Part shown: piece after piece, positions 61,360 through 64,000 of the stretch
Layout of the letters: each line of letters opens with the position of its first letter
Position numbering within the stretch: the first letter of the stretch is position 1
Origin: Candidatus Hydrothermarchaeum profundi
Lineage (GTDB): Archaea; Hydrothermarchaeota; Hydrothermarchaeia; Hydrothermarchaeales; Hydrothermarchaeaceae
Reading direction: 5' to 3'
Assembly (NCBI GenBank): GCA_002011125.2
Contig: MTMF02000009.1
Coordinates: 1,448,989 to 1,512,988, forward strand
Length of the DNA stretch: 64,000 nucleotides
Position numbers and translations under genes: made by a program
Notes under the pieces: generated by a model
Told to the model about the DNA's origin: nothing
Seen by the model: only the letters and a program-made list of their open reading frames with translations
Databases searched by the model: none

Positions 61360-61764
61360 ATGACCAAGGTAAGTGCATATACAATTGAAGAGATTGTCGA
61401 ATTATTGGAAGAAGCGCACTTTGATTTAATAGACTATTTTCAAATCAGAGACGCTGAAAAAAGAAGCCATAAGCTACAGGAATATGAATCACGAGTTAAG
61501 GCTGCTTATGACATGTGCGTTAAGACGATGGGGAAATATCCCGAGGATAGTGAATTTAAGGAATATGTTAACAAGTTCAATAGATTGATGGAGAAAAAAG
61601 CGGAAGGCCTCTCTGTTGAAGATGAGAAGGAGTTACTTGAAAAATTTCTATCTGATATAAGGAGATTTGTTCATTGGAGGAAGCTGGAAATATCTTCAGG
61701 TGAATATCTGCCTTTCAGGGATTATCGCAGCCTTAGAGAGGAAGGGGGAAGGCGGGGTATCTAA
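61360..61764 (+). CDS. Hypothetical helical protein
   Basis: Open frame with coding-like composition; TATA at about 61317-61324; no family recognised. Confidence 0.7.
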   Translation: MTKVSAYTIEEIVELLEEAHFDLIDYFQIRDAEKRSHKLQEYESRVKAAYDMCVKTMGKYPEDSEFKEYVNKFNRLMEKKAEGLSVEDEKELLEKFLSDIRRFVHWRKLEISSGEYLPFRDYRSLREEGGRRGI

Positions 61765-62789
61765 AACCACTTCTCTAGGCTAGACTGAGATTTCACCTCT
61801 TTTGTTTTATTTTCTAATTTATCAAGCGCTTTTTTAACTCTGTCGAGAGAGAAGTCTCTTTCAGTGCAAAGGAATTCAATGGTTTTATCCTTGTTGGGCA
61901 GTTCCCAGTTAATTTTGTATTCGTCCGTTACTTCTGGATTTAAAAAGAGTTCTCTTATCTCGTCGATATCAAAATTGATATCTATTTTTTTCTCTCTTAC
62001 TATTGTTTTGAGGTCGCCAAATTCTTTAATTAGAGCGTAGGCTTTTTTAGGGCCTATCCCCTCTACGCCCTTTGGGTTGTAATCAGTGCCTATAAGTATC
62101 GATAAATCAACTAACTGTGCTCTAGTTAACTCCAGCTCTCTTAGTGTTTCCTCCAGAGAGATTAGCTCTGGCTTAATTTCAATGTATGCCTGTTTTCTTG
62201 GGATCTTTCTTCTGCCTGAAATCGTGAGGTTCTTAGCAAGTCTAGGTGATCCAAATAATAGAGAGTCATAATCTTGACTCCCAGTAGCCCATACCTCCCC
62301 CTTGGCAGCCATATAAGCCGCCTGAGCCTCTCCTTCAGAAGGCGCTTGAACCACAGGCACGCCCATATATTTTAAAAGTTTTTTAGAGTCTTCTATCATC
62401 TCCTCTGTAAATCTTGAAGACTGTTGAGCGAATATCCTCGCTTCTTCAAGCCGTCCTTTTGAGACAGCCTCCAGCCATTTTCTTTGAGCCTCATCTCTTA
62501 GCTCTGATCTTTCCTCTACCACCGCTCCCTTTAGCTTAGGCGGCTTTCCATCAAAGACGTAAACAGGTTTTATCCCGAATTCTATTAGATTTACATTCCG
62601 GTAAAAGAGGCCAGAGAGATGACTTGTTATTCTACCTTGAGAATCCATTAGAGGCGTTCCATCAGGTTGCCTAATTATCGATAAGAACTGATATAAAGAG
62701 TTCATAGCGTCTATAGCTATCTTTTTTCCGCTCAATGCCTGAAAATCTATTTCTTTGGCGTTAACGAGTTCCGCAAGTTGTACTCCCAT
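61761..62789 (-). CDS. fen: Flap endonuclease 1
   Basis: MGV, YQFLSIIRQPDG, APSEGEAQAA, SQDYDSLLFG, GTDYN, C-terminal PIP box QSSLEKWF. Confidence 0.97.
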   Translation of the reverse strand: MGVQLAELVNAKEIDFQALSGKKIAIDAMNSLYQFLSIIRQPDGTPLMDSQGRITSHLSGLFYRNVNLIEFGIKPVYVFDGKPPKLKGAVVEERSELRDEAQRKWLEAVSKGRLEEARIFAQQSSRFTEEMIEDSKKLLKYMGVPVVQAPSEGEAQAAYMAAKGEVWATGSQDYDSLLFGSPRLAKNLTISGRRKIPRKQAYIEIKPELISLEETLRELELTRAQLVDLSILIGTDYNPKGVEGIGPKKAYALIKEFGDLKTIVREKKIDINFDIDEIRELFLNPEVTDEYKINWELPNKDKTIEFLCTERDFSLDRVKKALDKLENKTKEVKSQSSLEKWF

Positions 62790-62875
62790 ATGATTAAACT
62801 CCTTTTTAAAACTTAAAAAACTTTATATTATCCTTGATTAGAAGATGCCTTTAGTTTAAAATTGAGCGTGGGAAA

Positions 62876-63388
62876 ATGAGTATAGTAGTAGACGCATTAT
62901 ATTTCTTCATACCCGCATATGTTGCAAATACCTTCGCATGCATCTTTGGGCATGGTCGTCCTGTCGATTTAGGAAAGACTTTCATAGATGGCAAGCGAAT
63001 TTTAGGTGATGGTGTCACAATTAGAGGTTCCCTCGCCGGAATAACGTGCGGAACTTTAAGCGGAGTGTTAATGGCGCCCTACTCGCATCCTTTTTTGCCT
63101 AATGCTACATCTACTGATATTATATTGCTTGCTTTTCTACTATCCTTTGGAGCAATCATTGGAGACGCGGTTGGCAGTTTTATCAAGCGCAGAATTGGAT
63201 TGGAAAGAGGAGCTCCAGCACCACTCTTAGATCAACTAAACTTTGTCTTTGGAGGACTCATTTTCTCAGCGTTTATTGTGGCAGTTCCGCTGAGAGCTGT
63301 TGTAGTGCTATTATTATTAACTCCTTTTGGGCATCTCATGGTTAATAAGACCGGATATTTATTGAAAATGAAGGATGTGCCATGGTGA
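62876..63388 (+). CDS. carS: CDP-archaeol synthase
   Basis: PAYVAN, PVD.GK...DGKRILGDG, GD..GSFIKRR, P.LDQ, K.VPW. Confidence 0.92.
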   Translation: MSIVVDALYFFIPAYVANTFACIFGHGRPVDLGKTFIDGKRILGDGVTIRGSLAGITCGTLSGVLMAPYSHPFLPNATSTDIILLAFLLSFGAIIGDAVGSFIKRRIGLERGAPAPLLDQLNFVFGGLIFSAFIVAVPLRAVVVLLLLTPFGHLMVNKTGYLLKMKDVPW

Positions 63389-63395
63389 AGGTATA

Positions 63396-63908
63396 ATGGT
63401 CTCTCAAGATCTTATTCAAATGCTTAAGCCAGCGGTTAAAAAAGGCGACTTTATACTAGCGTCCGGCAAAAGAAGCAGTTATTATGTCGATATTAAAAGT
63501 GTTTCAACGAAACCAGCCGTATTAAAAATGATAGCACAGGAAATGCGAGAATTATTAGAGGGTACCGATATTGATAAAATAGCTGGCGTAGCTGTAGGTG
63601 GCGTTCCCATTGCTACAGCTTTGAGTTTGGAGACAGGTATTCCTTTCTTAATTATAAGAAAAGGTAAAAAAAAGCATGGTATGAAAACAAATATCGAAGG
63701 AGAGTTTATGGATGGCGACAAGGTAGTGGTGGTAGAGGATGTGACTACTACAGGTGGCTCCGTTATGGAAGCTGTGCGTGCTATAAGAGAGAGAGGAGAA
63801 TGCGACATGGTGCTTGTAGTGGTTGATAGAAAAGAAGGAGCCGCAGAATTATTAAAAAGTAATGGAGTCAGGCTTATCCCCTTAGTAACCGCAGAGGAAT
63901 TGATTTAG
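63396..63908 (+). CDS. pyrE: Orotate phosphoribosyltransferase
   Basis: GDFILASGKRSSYYVD, VVEDVTTTGGS, VVDR.EG. Confidence 0.95.
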   Translation: MVSQDLIQMLKPAVKKGDFILASGKRSSYYVDIKSVSTKPAVLKMIAQEMRELLEGTDIDKIAGVAVGGVPIATALSLETGIPFLIIRKGKKKHGMKTNIEGEFMDGDKVVVVEDVTTTGGSVMEAVRAIRERGECDMVLVVVDRKEGAAELLKSNGVRLIPLVTAEELI

Positions 63909-64000
63909 ATGGAACTCCCATCTTTAATACTAAAAATTGTTGGAATTCTATTAATCTTTATTGGAGTAGTTGGTACTGCTGGGAGCTTTTATGCATTAAA
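63909..64000 (+). CDS. Start of a membrane protein, truncated by window edge
   Basis: ATG immediately after the pyrE stop: MELPSLILKIVGILLIFIGVVGTAGSFYAL. Confidence 0.55.
   Translation, partial: MELPSLILKIVGILLIFIGVVGTAGSFYAL

Overview
This is an AT-rich archaeal (euryarchaeote-type) chromosomal segment; Hydrothermarchaeota/Methanobacteriota-like affinity is an inference from gene content only. Positions 1-24.5 kb hold a surface-glycosylation cluster: 2 NDP-sugar epimerases, an AglB/STT3-like oligosaccharyltransferase with an aberrant WWHYT motif, 2 further GT-C-like membrane proteins, a flippase, 7 GT4 and 1 GT2 glycosyltransferases, 4 SAM methyltransferases and AsnB. Positions 24.5-27.4 kb hold a CobW / MtaA-CmuA / CMD / DUF6951-like islet, partly GC-rich. 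The remainder is mostly housekeeping: inositol-lipid genes, an FtsZ2-type locus, H4MPT/F420 cofactor genes, KEOPS, the rpl7ae-to-kae1 superoperon, gltX, nop5-fibrillarin, pyrD, a split lipoate ligase, ADP-forming acyl-CoA synthetase, fen1, carS, pyrE and two intron-containing tRNAs (Gly-CCC, Trp-CCA). Most notable observations: (1) a candidate sRNA (38848-38935) whose loop is complementary to the ribosome-binding site of a neighbouring unannotated 38-aa gene; (2) an ftsZ2 locus with no adjacent cdrS but a divergent wHTH gene, six GTGAA(T/C)-core boxes over both promoters and three small downstream ORFs; (3) four conserved genes whose only plausible start codons are ATC, ATA, ACG and ACG; (4) the WWHYT AglB variant; (5) a tRNA-Trp intron that mimics a Trp anticodon arm. 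No CRISPR array, rRNA, transposase or integrase was seen. All calls are by eye, with no database searches.
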